Source: Camelus dromedarius (Eukaryota). Taken from it: 64,000 bases of DNA. The position numbers and the translations under genes are program-made. The notes below the pieces were generated by a model. That model had not been told where the DNA came from, did not search any database, and worked only from the letters and a program-made list of their open reading frames with translations. Below, piece by piece: positions 1 to 11,634 of the stretch (its first letter is position 1; each line of letters begins with the position of its first letter). The DNA lies in NCBI RefSeq assembly GCF_036321535.1, contig NC_087437.1, positions 58,964,001 through 59,028,000 on the forward strand. Direction: 5' to 3'.

Positions 1-57
1 CCGGGCATCTTGGATCTTGGAGACCCTGCAAGGGATTGATACATTCTCAGATACCAG
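1..57 (+). other. Candidate exon 3' part ending in a consensus splice donor
   Basis: CAG|GTGAGT at 57/58; frames 2 and 3 are open, frame 1 has TGA at 37-39; no protein recognised. Confidence 0.3.
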
Positions 58-334
58 GTGAGTGTGATTCATCTACCAGCTGACAGGATCCTATGACTTT
101 CTGTGTGAAATTAGAGTTGTGTGTAGAGATGTTAGATTTCCCCACAGGGCTGACCTCCCATTTGCTCATCAAGATGACCTGAACTTACTGTTTTCCATTG
201 TGATTGTTCTCTGTGGCTCAATATGACTATTAAGGAATGTGGCAAGTGTCTGAAAATGAGTAACTTTTCAGCTCCATATGTCATTGCTGATGGCAGCCAT
301 AGGCCCAGTGACTAAAACAGGATGAGGCCCTCTT

Positions 335-410
335 CTCCATTTCTCCGGTGAGCAAGTGGAGGCTCAGAGAGGTTAGAATAATGTCCTATGTCACACAGTA
401 TCAAGTTCAT
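335..410 (-). mobile_element. MIR fragment
   Basis: gaggctcagagaggttag...gtcacacag resembles the MIR core, antisense. Confidence 0.65.
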
Positions 411-596
411 AGATAGGACTCTGCGTCTTCTATTTCAAATTTCTTTCCACTACAGCTTTCTCATTAAGCCTCAGAAACTTGACCTTTGAGGTACATCTAG
501 AAAGCTTTCTTCTTAGCACCTTGAAAATCTGTAGAGCTCTTCCTTCTTGTTTTCTGGTTAAAACGAATTCCTCATTTAGTACTTTGGCATGTGAGT

Positions 597-709
597 CAGG
601 GTGACCAGTCATCTTGACTTCCCCAGGATGGTCCTAGTTTTAGCACTAAAACTCCCATGTCCCATGTAATCCCTCAGTCCTGGACACACCGTGACAGTTG
701 GTCACCTTA
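597..709 (+). mobile_element. MER81-like hAT-Blackjack MITE
   Basis: TIRs cagggtgacca...tggtcacctta, 113 bp, internal gttttagcactaaaa and ccctcagtcc match the recalled MER81 consensus. Confidence 0.85.
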
Positions 710-827
710 CCTTGAGCTCAGACCATCTCATCATCCCCTCAGGGAGGCTCCAGCTACATGGGAACCCATGACTCCTGACTCCCCACTGAGGCTCTGACTC
801 CCTTACCTACATCCTCTGCTCCCCAAG

Positions 828-878
828 AATCAGATCCTTCAGAGCAAATATGATCCTGGGAAATCACTCTCCATCCAG
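828..878 (+). other. Candidate 51-nt internal exon
   Basis: Branch-like ctgac, pyrimidine tract, ccccaag| acceptor and CAG|GTAAGC donor; length divisible by 3. Confidence 0.35.
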
Positions 879-1109
879 GTAAGCACTTTGGTGAACTTCT
901 GATCACAACGGACATATGAGCAATACAAGAGAAAGTACACAGAAAGCAATATTAGACTTATCAGTACCAGTTGCCAAGTGACCATGGGTAAGAATTTGCT
1001 TTATTGAACCTCGGAGCTGGAAGGGAAAAATGATTTAGTACACAAACACAATGTTGGTCCCCAAGTAGTCTAGGACAAAGTGGTACATGTGTTCATTATT
1101 ACGGCCACT

Positions 1110-1291
1110 GGAACAGGCAAGCTGGTTAAATCCTGGTTCTGCCACTTAATAGCTGTGTGCCCTTGGGCAGCTTGCCCAGTATCTCTCTGTACCTTAATTT
1201 TCTCATCTATAAAATGGAAAGAACAAATTCTCCTCCAGAGAGTTATTATGAAAATTAACATACAAATCATTAGAAAGTGCCTGCAGTAAAT
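1110..1291 (+). mobile_element. MIR
   Basis: aaatcctggttctgccacttaatagctgtgtgcccttgggcag...ctcatctataaaatgg core. Confidence 0.85.
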
Positions 1292-1974
1292 GGTTCATTG
1301 CTCCCAAAACTGACACACTGCATGGCCAACGCCAATGTCTAAATACAAGTATCGCACAAACCAAGAGGAGGATAACAGGGGATTTGTTTCCCAATAATTG
1401 GAGAAAGTAAAGCAGGACTAGAAAACTGTTTTTCCAGAATATATTCTTTCTTCTTTACTTTGAGAGTCATTGTCTCCTCCACATACTACTGCCCCTGAAC
1501 CTCATGATCGAGGTACCACAAACAAAAGAGGAACAAGCCACTGGATTACGAATTGCCCCTTGTGTTAGTATCACTTTATATATGTCAGGTCACTGTTACA
1601 AATCTCACCCCACCAGACCTGTACAAGCCCTTCCCATTATCAGCCAAGGTGGTCTGCCCTGTGATGTGACTAGTATTCACTACTTAGCATCTTAGTATTT
1701 CTTACTAAGCTGGGTACTAGGGGAGACGCAACAAAGTGTAAGAAGTGGGCAGAGCTGCCCCTTGATGCACATACTGTTTATCTGAGGGACAAGCTACGGG
1801 TGGGTAAGACAGTATGAATGAAGTTCCAAATGACCTGGGCACTCAGTAAGGATAGGAGAAGACAGAAGACACTGTGGGCCAAGGAGATCAGGAAAGGGAA
1901 GAAGAGAAACGAGCTGGCGTGGGGGGGGGGGCCTGCTGGACTCCAGCCTTTCACACACATCGCGTTCAGTCTTC

Positions 1975-2460
1975 TCTAACTGATGCTATCATAGCACTGC
2001 CTATGGCCTTCTGACTTCATCGCTTCAGTATGCTCCAGAAAACTTCCAGCTTCCAGGATCTGTGTCTCTGGGCCTGAGGGCTTTTTCGAGAACGCAGCAG
2101 TCCAGTTGAGCTTGGACACTGGCTCTCTCTGGGAAATTAGCCCCCGTGGGGGACAGCCTTCAGCCAGCAGACTGAGTGGAGTTGGTGTTGAAATACCCCA
2201 GCTCCCTCGCCCCCCGGGGAGAATGATTTTCAGGGCATGTGTTTTACACTTTTCCAACACCGTCTCTGTTGGAATGAAGCTGCAGTCACCCGCAGTGGTG
2301 ACCGGCTTGATAATGAACCCCTGACTGGTTGCCTTCCTTTCCCCATCCTCTGCCCTCGCCTCTGCCTGCGCTCCTCGCCCCTCCCCACCTACCAAATACA
2401 GCATTTACACTCACAGCCTCCTCTCACGGTCAAGCTTCTGGCCAAACCCCAAGTAAGACA
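1975..2460 (+). mobile_element. Solo LTR, LTR16C-like (ERVL)
   Basis: gcctgagggctttt, ggagttggtgttgaaataccccagctccctcgcccc, cagtggtgaccggcttgataa, end taagaca; flanks tcttc/gcttc (4/5 TSD). Confidence 0.85.
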
Positions 2461-2489
2461 GCTTCCTATTTCCTGTAAAATTGGTGAAA

Positions 2490-2615
2490 ACTGTATCCTT
2501 TTGACTCATGAGAAAACTAAGACTGAAAGAGACTAAGTAGCTTGTCTAAGGTCACATAGCGAGCATCGGCTGGAGCTCAGGTCTGAACCCACATCCTTCC
2601 GACTCCAGGTCCATG
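2490..2615 (-). mobile_element. MIR fragment
   Basis: atgagaaaactaagactgaaagagactaagtagcttgtctaaggtcacatagc. Confidence 0.75.
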
Positions 2616-3235
2616 CCTGTCCTGTGAGCACACTGTGAGAAGGGCACATATAAGCATGTCACTTGACCATGGGAATACAGCCCATCCCTACTGCCACACT
2701 CACCCCACTAGGGAAACTGGGAACCTACCCCAAATCAAGGTCTCTGGGATTTAAGGAGAGGAATGCTGGTAACGGGAGAAAAACAGCCATGTGGAAATCC
2801 TGCACTACACGTGTGAAGCCAGGTGCAATCCAAGAAATGGGAAGCTACCCTCTCTGTATGTGAAGATGCTGAGAAAATGTGTCAATGTCATTTACTTGGA
2901 TGCACAGAAAACAGCTTTTGCAGCCACACACTTCCAATTTGTGGCCGTCTCTGCAGATCTTCTGGATTAAGGCAGAGTGTGGGGCTGTGCTGGCATGGGG
3001 AGAGTGGACGTTAACTGACAACCAAACCAGAGTCAGGGTACTTGAAAGCTCTGCAGCAGTTCAGGATGCTGTTCGTGAACCCAGGTGAAGTTCTGGCTTA
3101 GTTCAGAGGTAACCTCATCCAAGTTTTCAGCAAAATGGAATTATCGTGGTCAGGAACAGGTGGATGGCATAAATCACATGAAATCAGCCTAAATTTATCA
3201 AAAGCCATCAGCAAAGTTTCTTCTATTTACACTTA

Positions 3236-3682
3236 GCATTCTGGTTATCTATTGCTGCGTGTCAAACCATCCCCAAATTTAGTAGATTAAAACCACCACT
3301 GTATTCTATCTGACAGTTTTTGTGGTTCAGGAACCTGGGCAGGGCTTGGCTGAGCAATTCTGTTCCACGTGTAACTACAATTACCTGGAGGAATTCGTTT
3401 GGCGGATGGGCTGGTCTGATGGGTCTGAGATGGCTTCGCTTACACGTCAGGTTCACGGATGGGCACGGTCGCAAGGCTGAGTTCAGCAGGGACTGTTGAT
3501 CAGAAAACAAAAGTCTCCAGGAAACAAGGTGGAAGCTCCCTGGCTTTTTATGACCTAGCTTTGGAGTCACAAAGGGTCACTTCTGCCAGGCCACTTGACA
3601 AAGCAGTCACAAGCAAACTCAGATTCAAGGCGAAGGGACTCAGACCCAACCCTTCAGTGGTTGGGAATGGTAAAATACAACA
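3236..3682 (-). mobile_element. MLT1 (F/G/H-like) MaLR solo LTR
   Basis: gttatctattgctgcg...ccccaaatttagt, gggcagggcttggctg, ttttatgacctagctttggagtcaca, cagattcaagg. Confidence 0.8.
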
Positions 3683-3789
3683 TCCAGTTTGGGTCAGAAG
3701 CAAAAGAGGGAAGTAAGAGCCTGCAGGCTTTCTCTAAATCCGAGAAGTGTAGCTGGAGCTGCCCTGTTGGGGGATTTGTGACCTAGGGC

Positions 3790-4160
3790 AGAGACGGAAC
3801 TGGGAAAGGAGGGATCTGGCACCGCTGAAGTCCCTGCTCTCCCGACAGCGCTCCCCGCCCCGCTTCCGCTCTGCTGCGCTGGCGGACAGCTCCACACGCA
3901 GCACGGCAGTCCTGGTGAAAGCGCTGAGTGAAGGCTTTTGCCTGCTCAGGGCACTGCTCCTTGGAAACCGAGAAAAAGGGAGGACGCCAGTGCGGGAGGG
4001 TTTGGCTGATTTGAGCAAGGTGTGACTTGAGCGAGGCTCAGGAGCCCGAGGAAGAGTGCCTGGTGTTGCTCACCTCACAGAAGAGCTGCGGGTGATCTCA
4101 GGTGACACGGGGCACTGTGGGCGAAGTCGGCATCCCCCAAGGCAAGGTGACCGCGTGGGC
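3790..4160. promoter_or_regulatory. Small CpG-rich promoter/enhancer-like element
   Basis: Local CpG enrichment; GC box ccccgcccc (~3853) abutting an ETS-type cttccg (~3863). Confidence 0.5.
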
Positions 4161-4310
4161 TTCAATCCTGATGTTACTGGCCAGTTATGGAGAAGAGCCC
4201 AAGTAACAGTCTCTTACACAGCTACGGGCAGGTGCCTGGCACAGGTGTGTTCTTAGAGGAGGCCAACAAGGAAATACATGAACCAGTTTGATGTTTGTGT
4301 TCCTGCTTCC

Positions 4311-4335
4311 TTTTTTTTTTTTTTTTTTTTTTTTT
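4311..4335. repeat. Poly(T)25
   Basis: Read directly. Confidence 0.95.
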
Positions 4336-4959
4336 GTCAAGTAACTACATTAGAATTAGAGACCTAGAAGTGGACTGCAGTAGGGTGTTGGTAATGAAAG
4401 GAAGGGAAAGAAAGGAACCTGTTGTTGCCAAAAAACAACTTCCTGGCCTTGAACTGTGGTCCGTCCTGGTGTCTGGGAGTGGTGGAATGGTCCAACCCCA
4501 CAAAGACCCCACCTCGGCCATGATCTGTTTACTCAAAATGAGCTTGAAATGTTTGCTCTGGTCCTAATTATTTCCCTCCATATTTGCACAGATGTAACCA
4601 ATGGATGGATGGATGGATGGACTTACATGTCCTAGGCACTGTCAGACATATGAATCCATCAGTCCTTAGAAAACTCCGAGGAATAGGTGCACTCATCCTT
4701 ATTTTACTGTGGAAGAAACTCAGAATGAATCAAATGGACACTCAGATTTGTCTATTTCCTAAGCCCCTTTCTACTTTTGCTCAGGCTCTGAGGTGGCTCT
4801 CCAGTCACCACCCACTTCTCCCATGGGCTGGAACACTGAAGCAACGTGGGCTCCTCCCTCACCCCCACGTGTGTCAGCAGACGAGTCCCAGACGTCTTCA
4901 TCCTCAGTGCTCTTCCACCATTTACTCTCCTCATTCTTTCGTCCTTCATCCTTTCATCC

Positions 4960-5165
4960 TTTGACACCTGGGCTATTGTGTCAGCTTCCAGGCTCATCCT
5001 TCTGTCTCAACCCCCTCCAGTCCATCCTCCTTACCATAACCAGAAAGCTGAAACCCAGATCTAATCATATAAGCCTTTGCCCATGAAATTTCAATCATTC
5101 CCCACAACCTACAGAATAAATCACTAACCCTTAAGCCAGTGTTTAAGGCTTTCTGTGATCTCCTC
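4960..5165 (+). mobile_element. L2 fragment
   Basis: ccctccagtccatcctcc...atctaatcat...cagaataaatc...tttaaggcttt L2 3' region pattern. Confidence 0.65.
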
Positions 5166-5444
5166 CTGATCAACATTTCCCATCTCATCAACTACTAGCC
5201 CACTTTACCATTGTTTTGCAAACCAGAGTCTATAAAACTCTGAGCATTGTTCTGAGAGAAGAGTGGAGTTCTATATAATGTTTTGAAATTTTATAGTATG
5301 AGCCAATCGTCTCATACGCTCACGCTGCCCCTTTGGTTTAGAACGCCTTCCCACATCCGCCATGCTCAGCTCCCACCCCTCACCACTCCCCGGCTGTATC
5401 GGGCACATCACTAAGGATAGCTCGATGTAGCGCTCCAGATGTAG

Positions 5445-5570
5445 AGATTCCCGCAGCTGGAATGGACGCTGTAGGTCATCCAGTCTACGGCACTCATTGT
5501 ACAGTTAGGAAAGTCTAGGCCCAGAGAAGAGAAGTAACAAACTAGGTCTAGAGCCCAGGCCTCCTGATAC
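5445..5570 (-). mobile_element. MIR (MIR3/MIRc-like) fragment
   Basis: ggtcatccagtc...ctcattgtacagttaggaaagtctaggcccagaga. Confidence 0.6.
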
Positions 5571-6029
5571 CTATGTGGGGCTCTTTTCACATTTTGCAAA
5601 TTACTGATCTCTTTCCTTGAAGTTTTATTATCCATCTTTGCATTAAGTCCCTGGCACAGTGGCATGCAGGGTAAACCCTTAATTTCCCTATAACTGTGGC
5701 TGACAGAGCCATCAAACCACAGCAATTCCCTCACATGTCCATATGTCTGAAGCACCATAATGAAAATCCCAAGGAAGCAGGCTGCTGGCAGCATTTCACA
5801 TTTCTGCAGTGGACAATGGAGGCTGCTTCAGTTGATGCCAGTCAGATCTACCCACTCCTGAGAAGCCTAAAATTACATGCTAACTTATTGACCCTACTAT
5901 CACGTTCTAAAATCAATTTCAAAATACTTCTGCAAACCAGGACATTATACAGAAGCAATCTAGCAGTTAGTTGAGTGCTCTGAATTTAGTAAATATTCAC
6001 TAAATGTAGGCTAAATGAATGGACGCCTC

Positions 6030-6200
6030 ATAGACTGGAAGCCAGGACACCTAAGTGCCAGTCTCATTCTTCTGCTCACTAGCCATGAGGTCTTGGGAAA
6101 ATCACTTCCCCTCTTTAAGCCTCGATCTGTTCATCTGTAAAATGAGGCATTTGGATCAACCCACCATCTCTGAAGTAAATCCCTTGCAGCTCTAAAATGC
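6030..6200 (+). mobile_element. MIR
   Basis: gactggaagccaggacacc...cttgggaaaatcacttcccctct...tcatctgtaaaatgagg. Confidence 0.75.
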
Positions 6201-6479
6201 TACAATTTCATGAAAACACTAAACCCATTTATACTATTGGTATCAAAGGAAAACAAGGATAGAACTAGTGTTTATTAACTGTTCTTACTTTGTTTAATTG
6301 CTTATTTTATACATCATTTTATATGCTTTCAGATTGATTATGTATTTTAGGTATTCTAACTAACTTTTGAAGAAAATACTATTATGCTCTGTTTTTGCAC
6401 TGGGAAAACAAGTTCTTTTTAACTCAAGAAGACATCAATTTATTGTCTTGATAAAATTACAACTGCTTTCAGACACTGG

Positions 6480-7240
6480 GAAAGAGGCAGTGCAAAACTG
6501 TGATCCTCAAGAGAAAGGACCAATGAGGTGAGCCTTAAAATAACCCTGGATTTGTGCTTGGAGGCAATTCCCTTGTGGAAATCACAAGCTCAGCCTGGAA
6601 GCTTTGCTAAGCAGAGAAGACAGAGACCAGAGATTAGGGAAACTCAGGTAGATAGCAGTTGCGGATCACAATTCCAGAAAGGAGGGGCGGCACACAGACA
6701 AAGAGCACCGTAAGTCTGCTGAGACAGGCTCTTGAGTCTTTCGAGTACTAGTCCATGTATGTATAAAGTGAAACTCCACAAGACCAGGCAAAAGAAATGA
6801 GTAGTAAGGGAGTAGTAGGCTGAACAACCCAGAGCTCTCACAAGGTGGGGAAATGGTTGTGCACCAGTCAAAGTGGAGAATCCTTGGTGATCCCCTGGGG
6901 CATTCAATGGAGAACCCAGAGGAGTCACATTTGAGTCAAGTGGCTGAACCATTCCTGGAGTGAAGGTTACTCTGGACTCTGTTACAGCAAAGCTCAAAGA
7001 CAGGACTCAAAGGAACCAAACCATTTCATGAGTAAATTAACTGCCAGTCAAACCAAAGTCAAAACAAAAACAAATTAACTGCCAGTCAGCAAAGTCCAAA
7101 TACTTAATGATATAGCTTGACAATGTCTACCATCTAATAAAAAATTACTAGACATATAAAGGAGCAGGAACACGGTCACCCAGAACCAAGGGAAAAATCA
7201 GTCAGTAAAAACAGACCAATAAATGACAGAGATGATACAC
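6480..7240 (+). mobile_element. Ancient L1M 5'UTR/ORF1-start fragment
   Basis: aaaaattactagacatataaaggagcaggaa...aaaaatcagtcagtaaaaacagacc...aaatgacagagatgat is typical of L1M 5' ends; left boundary uncertain. Confidence 0.6.
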
Positions 7241-8679
7241 ATGTATTTAAATAACTCAATTAGACCCAACAAAGAGTCAGTAGAGAGTCCAAATTCAAAC
7301 CCGTATCTCCTGATACTTTCACATATTGATTGATTACCTATGCTCACCAGTCTCTGCATCTGTGGCAACTGATGCAGTTTTACCACAAAAATCCCAATCA
7401 AATTTTCCTATACTTTTGGTCTTCACTTTAGTTAGAACTTCACAGAAGCTTGCAGAGGTAAATGCAGATCTGAAATCAGTGAAGGCCAGTCTCTGATCAG
7501 GGACCAGCATAGGCCATCCACATGGACAAAATTTCAACAATACTGCAACAGAACTCCTTGTCTCTCCCCATCCCCTACTAGGGTACCTGCATGGAAATTC
7601 CCTATGGCCACTCCTAGTTTATATCCCTGGTCAGAGGAGCTCTGTGCCAGGGGCTGTGGCTTAAGGAAACACAGGAATCAGGGTGTGAACACCAGGAGGC
7701 AAGGCTCAGCTTCAGTCCTGAGTTGGCAAAAACTTAAGCAAGAGGTAAAGCGAAACACAGAAAAGTGTCACAGGCTATTGTCACCCTGCAAAAAAGGTAT
7801 ATAGCCCCTCCTCCCAATGCTAGGGGTATAGCCATGTGCGCACTGCCTATAAGTGTTTGTGAGAAAATGGTTTGGGGAGCATGGACACAGGGTCACCTCC
7901 CAGGCTGGGGGTGCAGTTTTCCTCCCTGCAATTTACTACACAAGTTGTTACCAAAGCAAATATCAAAGCCCTGCAATTTGCTAATTACAGGCAGGATCCT
8001 GGGCTTGTGGGCCCAATTAACCACTTGTTCCTCATTTTCTGTATGTGACCCGCTGGCTGCACCCACAATTACCCACTGGTCTTTTAACTTTCTGAGAGCT
8101 GGCTGACTCCCCTCCAATTCACTCCCATTATCACCTCCAGATGGCCTTCGGTATCTTTTTGCTTTCCAGGTTCCCCCCACTCCCCTATTATCTCTCTCTG
8201 CATCACAGGCCAATGTCTTGTCTCCCTGGTTGAGGCTCCTATGAGATTTCCTGGTCTTGTTCCTTGCCTAGACTTGGAGCTTGGAAGGCAGGAAGTGGCT
8301 TCTGTTGGTCTGGGCTTCTTGCCTAGCTCCCCCAAGGAAGTTCAGGAGGCTGTGGCCACATTCGACCTCTGCCCCTCTCCCCCAAGACACAGAAGGAGTA
8401 AAGAAAATTACAGCTTCTCTGGAACGGGCCCACTGCCAGATATCCTGCCCACACTCTTCACCAATGCCCCACTGGCTCTCCACCTTGGTCAGACCAGGGC
8501 TGGATCCAGGGAGACTCACCACCAGCCCTGGGGTTAGAGGTCCCAGTAACTGCTAGCAGTAGCTCTCCAGGGAAATACAAGTTGGAGAAAGAGAAAATCT
8601 CTCATGACCCTCTGATTCATTAAGCAGGCTACCTGGCCGGCAAAAAATTTCCAGCAAACTTTTTGATGATTTATTACGT

Positions 8680-8768
8680 CAATGGTTCCTATTCTATTTT
8701 GTGTCATAGACATTTTTTGAAAATCTGATGAAAAGTTCTGGACTTTCCAGCAAGAAATGTTCATATTC
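8680..8768. mobile_element. MER103C-like hAT-Charlie element, left part
   Basis: caatggttcc...gtcatagacattttttgaaaatctgatgaaa. Confidence 0.7.
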
Positions 8769-8771
8769 AGT

Positions 8772-9490
8772 TATCTACTTATTTATTTAGTCACTGAACA
8801 AATATTCATGGAGCTGGGTACTATTGCAGGGACTAAAGAAACATCAGGGGGCAAAAATAGACAAAAATTCCTACTCTTATGGAGCTTACATTCTAGCCGG
8901 AAGAGATAGGCAATAAATAATGAATGTAAATAAGTAAGTAAATATATAATCTGCTATGGAAAAAGAAAAATTCAAGCAGGGTAAGAGAGTGGTTGGTAGG
9001 TATGAGGTTCTATTTTTAAATAGCTTATGCCAGGTTATCCTCATTGAAAAGTGAAATGTTAGCAAAGAACAGAAGAATGTAAGAGGCTTCCCCATGTGGG
9101 TATCTGGAGAAAAGAGCGTAGCAGCCAGAGAGCACAGCCTGAGGGCACAGCCACGCTGGTGTGCCTGAGGAAGAGTGAGAAGAGCAGTGTGGCTGGACTG
9201 GAGAGAGGGAGAGACGCAGTCTCAGTGGGAAACAAGGTCGGAGAGGCAGAGAATGAGCTGGGGGGACACACATCACTTAGGGCCTCATGGTCTGTGAGGA
9301 CTTTGATTTTTATTCTGAGTTAAATCAGGAGCCTTTAGTAGGATTTGAGCAAAGGGGTAACAAGATCTGACTAATACTCAAATGTCAGAAGCTGTCAAAG
9401 GGAGTAGATGGTCCAAGTGCAGATAATGCTGCTCTGACCAGTGGTAGCAGTGGAGACCACGAGAAGATGGAGTTGAGAGGATCTCCTAAA
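8772..9490 (-). mobile_element. L2a 3' fragment
   Basis: aacaaatattca...cttatggagcttacattctag...gtgtggctgga...gaggactttgatttttattctgagt...gatttgagca. Confidence 0.85.
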
Positions 9491-9507
9491 TAGCTGTGAT
9501 GTGTGTG

Positions 9508-9596
9508 AAAAAGATGTGCATACATAATTTCACATACAATTCAGCAGTCTACCAATCTACTAAATCCCATCCATGGATGCAGGTAAAGGGCCCCTG
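9508..9596. mobile_element. MER103C-like element, right part
   Basis: aatttcacatacaatt...cccatccatggatgcaggtaaagggcccctg continues the consensus interrupted at 8768. Confidence 0.7.
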
Positions 9597-9687
9597 ATGG
9601 AATGATCAAGAGAAGTGCTGACCCCAAGAAGGGAAGGGAAAGTGAGTCCTCCGTGGAGATGGAGAGCCTTAGCTGTACCTAAAAAGA

Positions 9688-10227
9688 TTTTTTTTTAATT
9701 GAAGTATAGCTGATTCACAACGTCATGTTTTAGGTGTACAGCAAAGTGATCTCATTATAAATATATATGTATGTATCTATATTCTTTTAAAAATTCTTTT
9801 CCATTATCATTTATTATAAGATATGAATATAGTTCCCTGTAATAGACAGTAAATCCTTGTTGTTTATCTATTTTATATATGGTAGTATGCATCTATTAAT
9901 CCCATACTCCCAATTTATCCCTCCTGGCCCCCTTTCCCCTTTGGTAACCGTAAGTTTGTTTTCTATGTCTGTGAGTCTGTTTCTGTTCTGCAAATAAGTT
10001 CATTTGTACTATTTTTTAGATTCCACATATAAGTGATATCATATGGTATTCTACTTTCTCTGTCTGACTTCCTTCATTTAGTATGATAATCTCCAGGTCC
10101 ATCCACGTTGCTGCAAATGGCATTATCTCATTCTTTTTCATGGCTGAGTAGTATTCCACTGTCTATATATACCACATCTTCTTTATCCATTCATCTGTCG
10201 CTGGACACTTAGGTTGCTTCCATGTCT
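9688..10227 (-). mobile_element. 5'-truncated cetartiodactyl-type L1 (3' end)
   Basis: Poly(T) then aattgaagtatagctgattcacaa...ttagattccacatataagtgatatcat...ggacacttaggttgcttccatgtct; imperfect TSD ctaaaa(a)g. Confidence 0.92.
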
Positions 10228-10259
10228 AAAAGTTTCATTTAAAAAAATAGTAAATAAGA

Positions 10260-10362
10260 AGATATTTAAGGCAAATATGGTAAAATACCACCTGGCAATC
10301 TGAGTGGTGGATACATGAGTGCCTATTTTAATATTTTCCATATATTTAAAATAATTCATAAT
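10260..10362 (+). mobile_element. Old L1ME/L1MC 3' fragment
   Basis: ggcaaatatggtaaaat...gaatct-like gagtggtggatacatgagtg...aaataattcataat. Confidence 0.5.
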
Positions 10363-11339
10363 TTGCTAAAAGAACTGCTCATCTCAGGGTTTTGCAGAAA
10401 GCCTCCCACTTGCTCTGTCAATGCCACAAGGGGAAATCAGCACAGTCAGTTCCGCTCGTCCTTTGGGCTGTGGCACCTGGCTGGTTATACTTCACCTCTC
10501 CAATTTCTGTTCCTTCCCTTCCTGCCAGCAGCTCAGAGTCAAAGGGGAGATAAGTTAAGGACTAACCCCCAAACCACGATCTACCTGACAGAGTCCAGAA
10601 GAGGAAGAGGGTAATGGCGACCGGGAAGACTGGGGAAGGCCTCCTGTCAGAGGCAGCCTCTCAGCAGGGTCCAGGAGAACAGGCAGCCCAGGACTTGCAG
10701 AGAGGAGGGAGTCTTCCCAGCGGAGGAAGCCTGGGGAACCCAGGCTCGGGGAGGGGACCCACACAGGCCCCCATCACCTACTCTGCTCTGGCCCATTTTA
10801 AGGAGAGCAGGCAGATTTCTTCCTCCTGGTACTGAACTAGAGCAGAAAGGCCAGAGGGGAGGAGCATTCTGAGCCCTGCGGTTGCCCCCGTGGGGTCAGG
10901 CCAAGAGGCCCAGTGGCGGAAAAGCTTGGATGCAGGACAGCAGCAGCAAGCCGAAACCTGCAGATAAGGGTGACTTCAGGCCCCAGGGATCCGGGCTCCT
11001 GAGCTGGGTGGAGTCTCCTTATGGACCTCGGGGGAGACCTCCTCGGGGAACAGGAGACCAGAGAGGCTCCCCTGACCGGCTGTGCGTCAGCCACCCCAGG
11101 CCATGGCCCTCCAACTGCAAATTCCTCCCAATCTGCAGACCCAGCACAGAGCCTGGGGGAAGGTCCCCTGCTGCCCACATTCTGCAGAAACTTGCCGTGT
11201 CACAAGCCCTGATTAGGTGCCAAGAGAATGATTTCCCAGGCCACGGCTTTAACAAGACCATGCTTCCTAATTACTAGTTTTCTTCTAATTAAATAAAAAG
11301 AGGGGGAGAGAAACCAGTGATTACTCCACCTCCTAATAC

Positions 11340-11500
11340 CACCTTCCATTTATGTGCGTCTCTCTTCAGAGGCACTCAAAATGCTTTGTATATTATTGTA
11401 TATTTTTCCCCTCGTAATGTCCTTGAGATTCCTAGGGGTGGTTATTATCATACCATTTTACAGCTGGGAAAAGGGACGCGGCTGACGTTAAGCAAAGTGT
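11340..11500 (-). mobile_element. MIR fragment
   Basis: ttattatcataccattttacagctgggaaa. Confidence 0.55.
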
Positions 11501-11634
11501 CTGAGTACCCTCACTGGCTATGGTCAGTATTTTGAAGCTCTTACAGGAAACCTGCTCATATATGAAAATAAAGTCATCCCCTGGGAGATAAAGCAGGCAC
11601 ATAAACTGCAAACTTTACAATAGTAATTAACACT

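Noticed and set aside
743..878. Longer exon using the cccctcag acceptor at 742
   Set aside because: Stop codons in all three frames
3868..3892. Possible REST/RE1 site (ggacagctcc)
   Set aside because: Only the right half-site matches; left half and spacing are poor
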